Of a DNA stretch of 64,000 bases, positions 24,020 through 38,562 are shown piece by piece. The notes beneath the pieces were generated by a model. It did no database searches, was not told the origin of the DNA, and saw only the letters and a program-made list of their open reading frames with translations. The DNA is from the human T2T-CHM13v2.0 reference genome, Homo sapiens, in the NCBI RefSeq assembly GCF_009914755.1, contig NC_060935.1; one strand, written 5' to 3'. The number at the start of each line of letters is the position of its first letter. The stretch's first letter is position 1. The position numbers and the translations under genes were made by a program.

Positions 24020-25400
24020 ATATGTTTAATTTTATCCTGTTTTTAAAGTTAATGTACAGTTAATCTGACTTGTTTTTGGTGTGCAGTTCTGAGTTTTAAC
24101 ACAGTATAGATTTGTGTAGCCACTACCACAATCGGGATACAAAACAATTTTGTCAGCCCCAAAAACTCCCCTGTGCTGCTCTTTTGTAGTCATGCTTTGC
24201 CCCCATCCTAACCCCTGGCAACCACTGATCAGTATAGTTTTGTTTTCTTCAGAATATCATACAAGTGGAATATATCTTTTGAGACTGTCTTCTTTCACTC
24301 AGCATAATGTCTTTGCGATTCATCCAGGCTGTTGTGTGTACCAATAGTTTGTTCCTTTTTATTACCAAGTAGTATTCCACTTTATGGATGTGCAACTGTT
24401 TGTTTATCCCTTTACCTGCTGAAGGATATTTGGATTGTTTCAGTTTTTGGTGATTATAAGTAGAGATACTATAGGCATTTGTATGCAGGTTTTTGAGTGA
24501 ACATGAGTCATCATCTCTCTAGGGTAAATATTCAGAAGTGAGATTGCTAGATCATCTGTAAATGTATCTTTAAATTCATGAGAAACTGCTAAGCTGTGTT
24601 CCAGGAGGCTCTACCATTTTTCATTTCTATAAGTAATGCATGGGGATTCCAGTTGCTCTGCATCCTTGTCAGCACTTGATATTATCAGGCTTTTTTTTAA
24701 ATGGCCATTTTAATAGGGATGTAATGTTATCTCATTGTGGTTTTAATTTGCATTTTCTTAGTAGCTAATAAGGTCGGAAATCTTTTCTTATGCTTATTTG
24801 CCATCCACAGATCCTCTTTGGTTATGTGTTTATTCAACTTTTTACCCATTTTTAATTTGGTTGAATTTTAAGACTTCTTTATATATTCTAGCTACAAGAT
24901 CTTTGTTTGATATGTGATGTGAAAATATTTTCTCCCACTCTGTAATTTGTATTTTTATTTTTTAAATAGCATACTTCACAGAGCAAGTTTTAAATTTCAA
25001 TGAAGTTCAACTTACAAATTTTTTTCTATCAGGTATTGTATTATTGGTGTCATATGTAAGAACTCTACCTCATTCCAAGTTATGAATATTTTCTCCTGTT
25101 TTCTAGATTTATGCTTTACATTTAGATAATCCCTTTTGAGACAACTTACTTTTTTCTGCATGTGAAGTTAAATTGTTCAACACCATTTCTTTAAAAGACT
25201 GGACTTTCTTCTTTGAATTGTCTTTGCACCTTTTTCAAAAACCAATTCGTCATACTTGTGTGGCTTTATTTCTGGAATTTCTATTCTACTCCACTGCAGT
25301 ATGTGTTTATCCCTTCACCAGTACCATAGTATCTTGATTAATGTGTATTTATCATAATTGTTCAAGTAGCATGAAGCCTCCAACTTTGTTTCTGAATCAT
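24020..25400 (-). mobile_element. L1M (L1MC/MD-like), ORF2 3' end and 3' UTR, antisense
   Basis: CCCTGGCAACCACTGATC, TTTCACTCAGCATAATG, TTATCTCATTGTGGTTTTAATTTGCATTT, GTACCATAGTATCTTGATTA. Confidence 0.85.
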
Positions 25401-25459
25401 TTTCTAACCACTATCATCCTGTGCTACAAAAGGAGAAGGAGAATGTGAAGAGAAAAATG

Positions 25460-25700
25460 GGCTTTTATTGAGTACTATGTGATAGCTAATGGACCATGGG
25501 GATTTACAGTATCATTTAGTTTTTAAAATAGTATATTCCAGGTCAGTACTATTTTCCCATTTTTGAAGATAAGATAACTGAACCCCAGATAATTTTAATA
25601 ACATACCCAAGCCTACTTAGTTAATATAAGCCAGAGTTAGGACTCAATCCTAGGTCAGGTCAGGCTGACCCTCAAGTTCATAACCTTCCTACTACACAAT
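25460..25700 (-). mobile_element. MIR
   Basis: CCCATTTTTGAAGATAAGATAACTGAACCCCAG...GCCAGAGTTAGGACTCAATCCTAGGTC. Confidence 0.6.
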
Positions 25701-27849
25701 GGTTCATGTCAACTCTTCTGGATTCTGGGGATATGGAGTAGACCTAAGAATACCTTGGATGCTCTGCATGGATTCAATTTTTCAAAAATCATTTATATTA
25801 GAAAGAAGCCTCTCATGAGTTCCCAAAGGATATTGTTCCCATGGTTGAGATGCAAACATATTCCTATTTATACAGTCTGAACAGACGGCTTAGTTTGGCC
25901 TCTTAAAAATACAGTGGTGAGTTAATAATCTAAGAGTAGATTGTCACACTGGCTACAGGAAGATAAATAATCAAGGATTATAAGTCTTTAATTTAATATA
26001 ACTTATTCTCATTAATTAAATGCCAATTACCTGCTTGTCTTTCCTGGGAACTGGCCTTTGCAATCAATCTTTTCAGAAACGTTGTACACACATGTTCACG
26101 GAGGTATTAATATCACTCTCAAGATTTACAGGCACTGGACTCTTTGGCTTAAACCATCCTCAAACACTCTACACTGTAACCGCAGATAATCGTCATAAAT
26201 TTCCTGATCTTTGACCTAACCGGTTCTTAAATTTCCATTCCCTAACGGGCTTGAGGAGATCGTATTTATCATACTGAGATGCTTGCTTTTAAGGACAACG
26301 CATTCCAGCAAGGCTCTGGATTTCAGATCTCTGATCCATCCTCCTACCTTGGGCTTTTGCTATTCACAACAGATGAGAATCCTTGGGGACTAAGAAAGGA
26401 ACACTGTCCTCTGACTCCCCTGTGCAGGGACATAAAGCAAAATCATTCATTCATGGACAATATAACCTTGCAAAATATCTGGAGCAACTTGACCCCTCAG
26501 AAGCCTTTTGAATGCCCCACCTGCACTGATTTAAGCATTCAATGGCAGCAAATATCCACTGCTAAATATATTCCCACTCCAGCCTTTAGCAGCTGCCTGT
26601 ATATACCTGCAGTTTTTCTTAAATTTCTTACCCTCTAGACTGCTTATTTCTTATGCTTAGACATAACTATACATTTTATGGTTGCTGTACATTTAAGTCT
26701 TGAAAGTTGTTGGTAGTTTGTGTTGCAGAACTGGTCTGGAATATGTGCCTTCTAATTCCATATTTCAGCTCAATGAAACAAGGAGAAAGAGAAGGAAACC
26801 AAATTTAATTAAGGAAAACCCAGGTTTACTTGCAAGCTCATAGTCACACCTTCCTACATCTGATCAGCTTCCACTCTTTTTTTCCCATAATTTCAATTTA
26901 GGTGCCTGAATAGAATTATCTCCATTTGAACCATGAGTTTGAATGCTCTTTTTTCAGTTTATTTTTAAAAATTAAAATAGTAATGCATACACATGCAAAC
27001 TAGAATTCATAAAGTGTAGAAAAATAGAAAGGGAAAGTAAAATTCTTCCATTTCTTGTCCCAATCCTGGGGCAACTACTTTAGCAGCAATTAAAATTTAC
27101 ATGGTATGTTTATGCCTCAATTTCTGGATATATCAAATTAGGTAGTAACTAGTGATTCCCTGCAAAGAAAGACAAGACCACTAATATGCTCAATCTTCTA
27201 TCTCTCTTCTTTATTCCTATATGTCACCCCTAATTTTTGTTAGGTATATTGTTATTGTCACATTTTCAAGGCTTATATTCTGTTCTGTAAGTGTAATTCA
27301 GTTTTAGTGCTTTGTATGTAAATTGTAACATTAAAAACCAACAATATTGTGGGTTGTGATTCAGAAAATATTATTTACTGTGAAATAAACTAATGTAATT
27401 AAGAGAAGTATAGAAGTTAAACCCTTAAAAGAGAAATTTCTAAGTTTCTCAAATGGATCCTCTTCCTTTTCTACCTTCTTTTCCATTTTCTGAGTCATAC
27501 TTATCAGCCACTATTTCTTGTATGCTAGTTTGTTTTTCACTTTGGATCTTGTTATAAGTTTTCTGGAGCAACTCCTCTAGTAAATTTCATATGGAGTACA
27601 CAGGTGGTAAGCATACTATAGTTCTTACATATTCAATAATGTATTTATTTTGCTGTTAAATTTGGTTGATATTCGTTGACTTCGTAATCATTAGGACTCA
27701 ATTATCTAATTTTGGCGATACAAACTATAACATTGACTTAACTGTTTCACTGACTGCTCTAAGTTCATCGGATTGTTCTGAGATTCAAGGAAGATAAGTC
27801 ATAAAACAACCACTGACATTCATAAAAGGTCTATATAAATGCTTGATAG

Positions 27850-28030
27850 TAGTAGCTCACATGTGTCAGGTACCATGCTAGGCAATTTACATTTGTTTTC
27901 TCACTGACTTCTTTCAACAATCCTGTAAGATCAGTACACTTATCACTCCCATTTTAATGATGAAGAAACAGGCTCCAAGAGATTAAGTAATTTGATCAAT
28001 AAACACCTCACTAGCTAGTGGGGAGTAGAG
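27850..28030 (-). mobile_element. MIR
   Basis: CCCATTTTAATGATGAAGAAACAGGCTCCAAGAGATTAAGTAATTTG. Confidence 0.65.
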
Positions 28031-30328
28031 TCTTGTCCTGCTGTTTTAACAAATCCCATGTTAAAAATATGATACTAAAAATGAAAGCTGTTTACCACCA
28101 TTATCATCATCTGAGGTTCATTTTTTCAACCATGTACCCTGTGAACTGACAACCTTGTAATTAAAAATCAGTCTATTATGGGTCTTTAATGTAGACCAAA
28201 CATCTTGCAAGATCTCTTAGCTTGACCAATTCCTTCCTTGACTTTGACCAATTCATTTCTCCAATTTGTAGGAAACAAAAGAAACTGGGATGGAGATTTG
28301 GTATTAAGTCATTATCCTTGCAGATAAACATGGTACTAATGATTCCTATCAGTACCTCAAGGGCTATGAATTATCACAGCTTTTTCTTCTTCCATAGCAG
28401 AGTTAAATTTGCCTCAATTCACTCATATTCTTTCAGCCAATCTCCACAGTCATGCTAATGAGTTACTAAGTGATAGGGCTGAAATTGTTTGGGACTGTGG
28501 ATAAGAATAATGAATAATGAATAATGTTTATGAGATTCACCCTCAAAACTTGTCCTCATTAACACACTACTCTGACCCAAACTCTACCTACCCCACTCAT
28601 TCCCATAAAGGGGTAGCTTTAGATCTCACCTTACTGGGGTTACCGTTTATTAGATCGGGGTGAACACATGACCTGGGGGTACCATTCATTCACTAGAAGA
28701 AAGCTGATCAGATGATTTTTTTACTAAGCTGATCAGATGGTCAGATGATTTTTTACTAAGAATCAGATAGAAGGTCCATGAACAACTACTGAGATTACAT
28801 GAGGCTACTAAGTTGCCTGAAGATTCTTGGTTCTTTCCCTCTCTGGGCTTCTTGTTTCTTGAAATTTATTATGTCTGTATCCTGTAACAAACCTCTCTTT
28901 TATTGATCAAATTGGAGTAAGTTTTAGTTCCTTGCAATCAAACATCACCCAGCCAAGAGAAAGCTTTTAAACTTTCCTTAATATCAGAAAAAAACTCTCT
29001 GGAAGTACAAATATGCCAAAGTCCATCCAGTAAGGAGCATGAAATGGTATGTATCAGACTTGAAAGAGTTAACTTGCCAACCAAAAACTGAAAACTTGAC
29101 TTCCTTCTCTTCAGTTGGGCCCAGGTTAATTTTGGTTGATGATAATGGTTATAAATGTTTTTTTATTTGAGAGGCATGGGACATACGTGATGAATGTGAG
29201 GACGATCATACATCTTATAAGGAGCTAATTGTTTGTGAAAGATGCTCCAAAAGTGACACACACAAGTCTGATATACCCTGGCGGCCAGCTCTTCTACAAC
29301 AATTTCATTAAACCAACCACCATTACATGAAAACATAATGTGACAAAACAGATATTGTCCTCTTTGACCTTGGCAGGATATGGAAACATTAAAAAAAGAT
29401 CCAATACTTTTTTTTTAATAAACAACATTGTGAAGACCTAATCACCTTGCATACTAAATTCAAGCACAGGACTTATGAGTCAACCATTTTCTCATTAACA
29501 CTGTTGTTAATTTTTCATGCTGCATCCAATTTTCTCCATGTCTCAGACAAACCACTTACTCTAATTTATTAGCCTAAGAATTGCCAAATTACAAAGGTAA
29601 GAAAAAAATATATGTTTCTCCTTTCCTCTAGAATTAAGACTCCCATCACAGAGAAATGGAATTCTTGATTCGAGAAATCATTTCTTCTAATCCTTTAAAT
29701 TGGTATTTTATCAATACTCTGTCCTCTGGAATGTTGGCAGGCATCACACAGAGTAGAACGTAATGTACTGTTTTGTGTCTTTGTAAAAGTCATTTTGCAT
29801 TTATCTTCAGAATTATTTTATCCTTTTATGAACAGATTAACATATTTACTCATGTGTAAATGGACAATGGGTGAAGATTAGAAAGGTTTCCTTTGTAGCA
29901 AAGACCTCATTCATGTAGAGTCTCAGTAAATAAATTCATAGAAATAGGTTGAATTACCAGCTAAAGTTTATAAACTGCAGATACCAAATTAAGGTCATAA
30001 ACTCTAACCTTTAAGATTTTGTTTAAACAGAATAGATAAAACATATTGGGAGAAAATATATATATTACAAGGATATGTACATATTTAAACTTTTTAACAT
30101 GTTTGTATCCATATATACTTTTTAAAAAAATACCAGTCTGACAGCAAAGACAGACCGAAACCTCAACACTGTATTTAAAACATTTAAAGTATTAAGCTTG
30201 TAGTAACATCTTTCACTGTAATTAGAGATAAGTATTTGTGGAGAGTCTATTTATTTATTTTTAACATTTTTTTAGGTGCAAGAAAGATTTTATGGCAGTC
30301 GAGAGATCAGGGTTATACAGCATATTAC

Positions 30329-30619
30329 TTTTTAATTTCTTAGAGATAGGATCTTGCTCTGTCATCCAGGCTAGAGTAGAGTGGCACAATCAATTCACTG
30401 TAACCTCAAGCTCCTGCATCAGCCTCCTAATCAGCCTCCTGAGTAGCTAGGACTACAGGTTCCTGTCACCACATCCAGCTAATAAAAAAATATTTCTTTT
30501 TAGAGATGGGGGTTTTGCTATGTTGCCCAGGCTGGTCTTGAACTCCTGGCCTCAAGCAATCCTCCCACTCCTGCCTCCCAAAGCTTTGGGATTACAAATG
30601 TGGACCACTGCACCTGGCT
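30329..30619 (-). mobile_element. AluJ
   Basis: Dimeric Alu with J diagnostics; see the finding on its extended 3' segment. Confidence 0.9.
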
Positions 30620-31006
30620 CTATGGAGAGTATTTTAAGTGCCTTAATGGAATGAAAAGGAAAATACCCTAAAACTGTAGGAAAGTCTAGGATGTGTCCAA
30701 AGCTTCAGGATGATCAAGGCCCTAGCCATTCTTTATTATTTGGATGTCCATTCCAATATTACTTGGCAGATGTCAGTGTTAATATTAGCCAGACATGTCC
30801 TAAATCTTTGAAGACTAGAGCATGCACTCATTAACCTGTCATGAGACATCATCCAAAGAGTGAAAAGTTTAAAAGGACTGAAACTTTAATTCCCAAAATT
30901 TAACATTAGCCAGACTTCTCTGGCTTATAGACATGTACTCCAAACTACATCATTCAAGATCAATTACTTACCATTCATTTCTTTTTCCAATACATATCAT
31001 CAAACA

Positions 31007-31311
31007 TTTTTTTTTTTTTTTAGATATAGCATCTTGCTCTGTCACCCAGCCAGGAGTGCAGTGGCACAATCATGGCTCACTGCAGCCTCAACCTACCAGG
31101 CTCAAGCAATCTTCAATCTTCTTGCCTCAGCCTCCTGAGTAGCTGGGACTACAGGTGCATGCCACGACCCTCAGCTAATTTTTTTGATTTTTAGTAGAGA
31201 CAAGGTCTTGCCAGGTTGCCCAGGCTGGTCTAGAATTCCTGAGCTCAAGTGATCTTCCTGCCTCAGCTTCCCACAGTGCTGGGATTACAGGTGTGAACTA
31301 CTGTGCCTGGC
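31007..31311 (-). mobile_element. AluJ
   Basis: Dimeric Alu with CACTGCAGCCTCAACC and GAGCTCAAGTGATC diagnostics. Confidence 0.9.
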
Positions 31312-31924
31312 TAAACAATTATAAATGAATTTACTGATACCTTTTTCCTGTTTATACATATCATGTCCCCCAAAAAGTGTTATAAAAATAGTTTGGTTTT
31401 CGAAAAATCAGTAGAGAAGATTGTGACTGTGTGTTATAGGATAGCAGATGGAGAAAACAGAACAGCACCACTGATTTTCATTCCCATCACTTGGAAAGAA
31501 ACAGGCTTATTTGCCCTGGTGCTGTGGTTAAGGCTAGTAGTTAAGGCTTTGGTTGGGTTCTCTCTTTGGCCTAACTCTGGACTGAATCTTATGCTAAGTA
31601 AAGTGCCCAGCACAGGAGGGCCTTATGATATCATTTACCTGTTGCATGGCTGAGAAGATACAGATGTCCAGTGCTGACCTCAATCTAACTTCCTTTAAGT
31701 GCAAGTCACTGGACACTAAAAGCACATGAAAAGATATGTACTGGGTGTGCCATCACACTTCTGAGCCTCATCCCTAGAATAGGGCTAAAACCGAATATTT
31801 TTACCTTTCTCTGGGTAGCAGAAGCATTTTCTTACAAACTAAAGGAACTATATCCATAGATTCAACTGAAAGAAGGTCAATTGTAATTTTTCAAAATTTT
31901 CTGATGAAAGGGAACTACATAAGA

Positions 31925-32240
<316 letters not shown>

Positions 32241-33207
32241 TACATAAGATTTTTAGAAGGGCTAACGTATACCTCCTTTCAGAATTGCCTCTAGGTCAGC
32301 AATAATTATTTGGGGGGTTATGGAAGGAGAATGTCTCTACTGAATTGCTTTTAACATTGGTCCAAAGTGGTGGTGATGAAGGGGTTCTTTAAATAGCTTT
32401 GAGAATGCTGAGCTTTAAAAACAGTGGGTGATGTCCTCAGCATCCCAGCCAAGCTATTCACTGCAAATACTACGAACAACTGCAGCGCTACTGGCCTGGA
32501 TATAAATATTCATATCAATAAATTGAATACTGCTGAATCCACAAGTATAGCAAGAATAACCTGCATATTGTCACTTCGCTGGAGATACGTGATTTATTTC
32601 TTGAGAAAAGTCTTCTTTGAGAGTAACATCCTCACAAAAGTCTCTTATGTGCCATTGTGTTGGAAAAGCCCATCACAGACAGATTGTGATGAGAAGTCCA
32701 GCTCTCCTGGTCCCCCATAAAAGCTAGCAGACCTCACATTAATAAAACAACCAGGCTACTCACCTGTCCTGAGATCAGAGAGACAAATCTATTAATTTAT
32801 AATTTTGAGAAAGATAGTGATCAAAAGATGTACAGAAGTCATACATATTGACCTGGGAAATCTAAAGGTTCATTCAGTTTTGGGTCAGGACCATTTTCTC
32901 CTTCCTATTCCCATTCTCCCACCCCCATCTTAGCTTTTTATTAAGTAAACTTCTTTGCATAATCTCTGAACTCAAACACATTTTATTGTTATTCCTGGAT
33001 GCTGTACTCATGGATATCTCACTTCTTTGGGAAAATGACCTATTAAATAAAAACGTGAGAAGTACAATGCCAACTTACCACAGTTTCTGAATCTCAGAAC
33101 ACAGATTCCATTCATAAGATGTGAAACCAACATATTGCTTCCACTGCAGCTTACGATTAGCTCTGGATTTTTAATTTTGGTTATTCAGCCCATTAGAAAA
33201 CAATGTA

Positions 33208-33582
<375 letters not shown>

Positions 33583-34879
33583 TCACAGGAAAGAATTAAT
33601 ATATTAGACATAGCATCATTGAGGTAGATACACACATACATTCACCGAAAATACTTTAATGCAGAAACAATGTGTGATGAGTATTGTTATTTTTCTTGTT
33701 CCTACAGAATTGATTTCAACAAATTTTCTTAGGTGAAACCTTCCAAGTTACATGTTTCAGCTGTTTGAAACAAGAACTAAGGAGGCAAATATAGTATTTC
33801 AAACCTCATCACAATTTATTAATGCTACAGAGAGGAATACTGTGTTTAATGTCCCAGGATCTCTATGCCATTTGATGCTTCAAATCTTTTATCTTCATTA
33901 TCACCATCGTCTAATGAAACAAAAGGTATGTGGAGTGGCCCCTTCTGTTATTTGAGACAGTAGTAGATCCTAAAGATGCCATACTTCGGCTTCTCTCAAG
34001 GAATTTTCAGCTGGTAAGAATTACCTTGATGTTCCTATTTATTTTCCATTTCTGATCTACTACTATGCAAAACTCACAGGAAGAAAGGGCTATATGTCTT
34101 CAGCATGGGGAGATGGAGTTCAAGGAAGTGAGATGAATTAGAAAAGGAAAAGAAAATGCACTCAGATATGTAGTACCCTTTCTCTTCCTGTTATGAGTTC
34201 CAGAGAGCTCATGAGGGAATCTCATTGCTTGTTCAAATGCCCACTCATAGCCAAAGGCCAAAGCCCTGGTTTTCATTTCTCATCATCCAACCCTAGTAGC
34301 CATACCCAGAAGAATACAAGGTCTTGCATCCAGGAGTTATATACCACCATGGAGACCTGGCCTAGCTTCCCAGGAAACACTGGTCAGGAGGATACCATTA
34401 TAGCCCAGACCAAAGTCACCCTTCAATACAAGTTGAGAGATGCACAAAGAAATAAGTGCTCAGGGCAGTATTTCTCCAGAGAGCTATTTTGGATTCCACA
34501 TAAGAGTAATGGTGGCCTTGGATAAATCATTCCTCTCATTTATGTGCTGAATGGGAGAAAACGAGTCAACAACTGATGCATGCAAAAGCATTTGGAGGTG
34601 ATGGATGGAGACATTATGGTGCATTTCGTCAATGGCATGCCATTAGAGAAAACCATTTCATAGAGTAAATTAAAAAACAAACCAGCTACGTGACACACTT
34701 GGAATTGCCACTGGCCATGTGGGTTTTTCTCCTTCAGGAATGAAGCTACTTGGGATTGACACTGCCATTAGCAGGCAGACTCCCTTTCCTAGGCTAGCTG
34801 CCTGTGCTTGTCTGAGTTTTATGCCACACCTCGCACGTCCCCATATCTATGGCCACTCATGTAACTGGAGAAACCTGTG

Positions 34880-35350
34880 TATTCCAGACCCCAACTTTCT
34901 TTTATTGTTGTCTTAACTATTATTTACATCTTTTATTACCATTTACCTTCATGTGTCAATATCTTGTTTTCTTCATCTAGTTATAAAGACTCTTTCATGG
35001 TAAATACTGGGTCTTACAAATGAAGCTTACTAGCACAGCACCTGGCTTATGGTGTTCAGTAAATATTTGTTGATTTCATCTGTGATTGATTTTGCCTATT
35101 TTTCTCGCATACCTAGCTGTTATTTGCCAAATAGTGATTAATTCATTAAGAAGGTGTTTCTTCAGACCTAGATGCTGGGAATGCAGATAGAAGGCATGGT
35201 CTCTGATCTTGGGGAGCTCATATGCAGACACGCAACAATCAGAACGTGGCACAGCTGGACGTATATGTGGGAGGCTATGGCAGCACCAAAGGGGGGTGTT
35301 CTGGGTCAAGGTAGGTTGGGGGATCCAGAAAAGGCTTCCAGAAAATAGGA
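34880..35350. mobile_element. Two L2 3'-end fragments, tail to tail
   Basis: + strand: CTAGCACAGCACCTGGCTTATGGTGTTCAGTAAATATTTGTTGA. - strand: ATTCATTAAGAAGGTGTTTC...GCATGGTCTCTGATCTTGGGGAGCTCA. Confidence 0.5.
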
Positions 35351-37833
35351 GTTCCTTTTAGGATTATGTAGTTGCTACCTAAACATGATAGCCCATTTAT
35401 ACAAAAGGCATGGTGGTGAGCCCATGCAAACAGGGAGCATTTGGGTTCAAGTCATTTGTGATTTCAGGATCTTCAACTGAAAAGCTCAACCTATTCCCAA
35501 AGTCATCAACTAAGGTTGGGACAGAAATGGGCTATGAAATCACAGGCCCTTTCCCCATGGCAAGCAGGCTCTGGGAGTGTTCAGATGCACCTCATGGTAA
35601 CTATGGCTTCATAAAAATCAAAGCTGATTGATGGGAGGAGGCTCTCTGTGTTCATGTGTTTAGTCTACCCATGCTTTTAGTTCCACTGTGGCTGTGCTTC
35701 CTAATGGAAATGCATTTCTCTCTCTCACCATTATCCAGATATAGATGCTGTCAGATATGAAAGAGCCTTTTTACCTCAAGATTTTTGTCTTGTAAGGCAA
35801 CCCTAATTCAGGAAGGAAATGAGGAGGAGTCGACAAAAACCCACCACAAATGTTTTGTCAGATAGTTCAGAGAGAGAGAAAGTTAAAGAACTCATTTTCT
35901 GTATGGTTTCTTACACAGTCCAGTTCAAGGAATTAGCTTTCTCTCGTGACGGGCTGTGGCCATCAGAAAATAATATACATTTTTATTTTTGCCCTCTGCC
36001 CCTGCCTTTTTTTCTTTTTTTTCTCTTTAGGAAATTACAATTGACAGAATAAAAATCCTCCACCCAGGGTCCTGTCGATATTAATGTATCAATTCTGACA
36101 AATCCACTGTGAGATGGGAATGATTCCTTTTCTACAAGTGTGGAATCTGAGGCTGAGAGAAATAAAAGAGCACATCCAAGGCTACCCAGCATGTCTGATT
36201 CCAAAGTTGGGGGCTCTTACCAACACCCAACAGCTTCCAGACCTGACATACACATGTATGTCAAAACGCATGACAAACAGCCATCATGTTCTGAGGTAGA
36301 AAAGGTAGAAACTGAGCACCCATCTCTCTTGTAGAAGGAGGAATTGGAAGCCTATTGGAATTGTTGCAGGTGGACGGGTTGAAGAAAAGGAAAATGAATC
36401 CTCATGGGAACATTCATGGGAAACCTCAGATTCTGAGGTTTCTTTCAAATAATCTTGTTTTTTCTTCACAGATTGGCAGCTGGTCCTGTGCTACAAAATC
36501 ACACTATGTCAGGCCAAAACTGATCTCTCCATCTTTGATTATTTCTGAATGTCAAGCTGAAAAATCAGTTCATGCTCAAAATGGAATGTCCAAATGCCAA
36601 AGTGGGGCATTATCTTTGAATTGCTCTGTGACCATGGTGATACCACTGATCCTCTCTGAACCTCTCCTGATCTCCAGAGGCTGACTTTACTGGGGCACCA
36701 GGGAAGATTGGAGCTTCTTAGGGAGTTTTCTGAATCAGTGTTTTTCTCTCCCATGGAAAAGCAAAGTAAGAGGAGGAAGGTAGAGGGGACACTTAGAAAA
36801 GGGAGGGAAAAGTAGCTCTAAACTTCTGGAAGAGCCATGCTAGAAGGCCGACACATCCTGCTATTGAATGCAAGATAGGAGAAAACAAAATAAAACAAAC
36901 AAACAAACACAGAAGCAAACAACAACAAAAATGTTTTGTGCTAAGAACCTGACATCCATAAGTGGTCCTGGAGCCTTCCGTGAAACCACACATTAGGACC
37001 ATCCCATCCTGGAACCTTCCCCACAAGCAATTGTTCCTACCCCATACCTAGCAGTGTTTCCAAATGCCTCACCTCATGGCCAAATCCTTAAAAGTAGATC
37101 TTAATTCACTTTTGTTTAATAATTACACAGAAAGCATCTTAAAACTTTCAGGAAAGTGGGAATAGAGCATGAAAAGAGACTAGGAAGCAAAATAATATCT
37201 GGATGTTGATTCTGCCAAAGCTGCACATCCTTGCTGGATGAGAGTGGGGAATGGGGCATTATTCTGAGACACAGCAAGTGTTTTATCTGCAATTGACAAA
37301 TCCCAAATCCTCCCAGCTTCCGTTTCTCCCTACTTAAGACCTAGGTCACGGTATTTATTTACTTAAATGATGGAGATGAAGGCAGGCTTAAGGCTGGCCA
37401 CCTGTCAGAATAACAGTGACCTGTTTCTAAAGGGATTTCAGCAACCTCCCAACATAAGACAAAAGGGGATTGTGTGAAAAACAGAAAAGAATTCACTAAT
37501 TGCACTAAAAGTGGATGGTGAGGTGGAGAGGAAAGATTGCAAGGGCAGAGAGATGCTGTGAGAAATAAGCAGATCTGTGGGTGCCCTTCTAAGCAACTTG
37601 AAAGAGGAGAAACCCCCTCCTCTTTGGAGATTAGAAGTGATTTTGCAAAGAATGATAGCCAAACTGGGAAGTTAGGCTCCCTTATCCGCCTCCCACTAAT
37701 GCCCTTGGGCTTCTTCCTATCCTTATGAAGAGAGGCTTGTTACGGTTCCTAAGCAATGCAAACAAACTTTCTCAGAAACAATACCGCTGCTGCTTTCGAG
37801 GTTGGAGAGTCAACAGACAGAACCCTGACTGAA

Positions 37834-38177
37834 GGCCAGGGACGGTGGCTCAGGCCAGTAATCCCAGAACTTTGGGAGGCCGAGGCAGGCGGGTCACCTG
37901 AGCTCAGGAGCTGGAGACTGTCCTGGGCAACATGGGGAAATCCTGTCTCTACAAAAATTACAAAATTAGCTGGGCGCGGTGGCACGAGCCTGCAGTCGCA
38001 GCTACTCAGGAGGCTAAGGCAGGAGAATTGCTTGAGCCCAGAAGGCGGAGGTTGCAGTGAGCTGGGATTGCACCGCTGCACTCCAGACTGGGTGGCAAAG
38101 CGAGACTCTGTCAAATAAATAAGTAAATAAATAAGTAAATAAATAAGTAAATAAAATTAAATATATTTTTTTAAAAA
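37834..38177 (+). mobile_element. Alu (Jb/old S) with a patterned (AAAT/AAGT)n tail
   Basis: Dimeric Alu with a degenerate TSD ACAGAA(C/T)CCTG(A/C)CTG. Confidence 0.9.
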
Positions 38178-38562
38178 GGTACAGAATCCTGCCTGGGGAA
38201 TCTAAAGACAAAGCATGGGTGACCTTATTTAACAAATACATGTGCACCACTTACTAGATGTCAGACAGTGATCTCCAACCATGAACTCATATGGCACTTA
38301 GAACAACTTCCTCCTCCTCATCACCCCCGTTTTACATAGAAAGTGAGTACCCAGGCAAAGAAATCAGCACTAGTCCGAGGTGGGGCCAGTATGTGGGCAG
38401 CCACACTGTCCCAAGGGTCAGTGCTCTTATCCCCTGTGCTGTGCTGGGCCTCAGCGGAGAGGATGAGGTGCCATGTACGGCTGTCAAAGAGCCACATTGC
38501 AGGGTGTTTCAGCGAGCTGCTACTTGAGGGATAGGATATATCCCCAGGCTTGTGCCAGTCTC

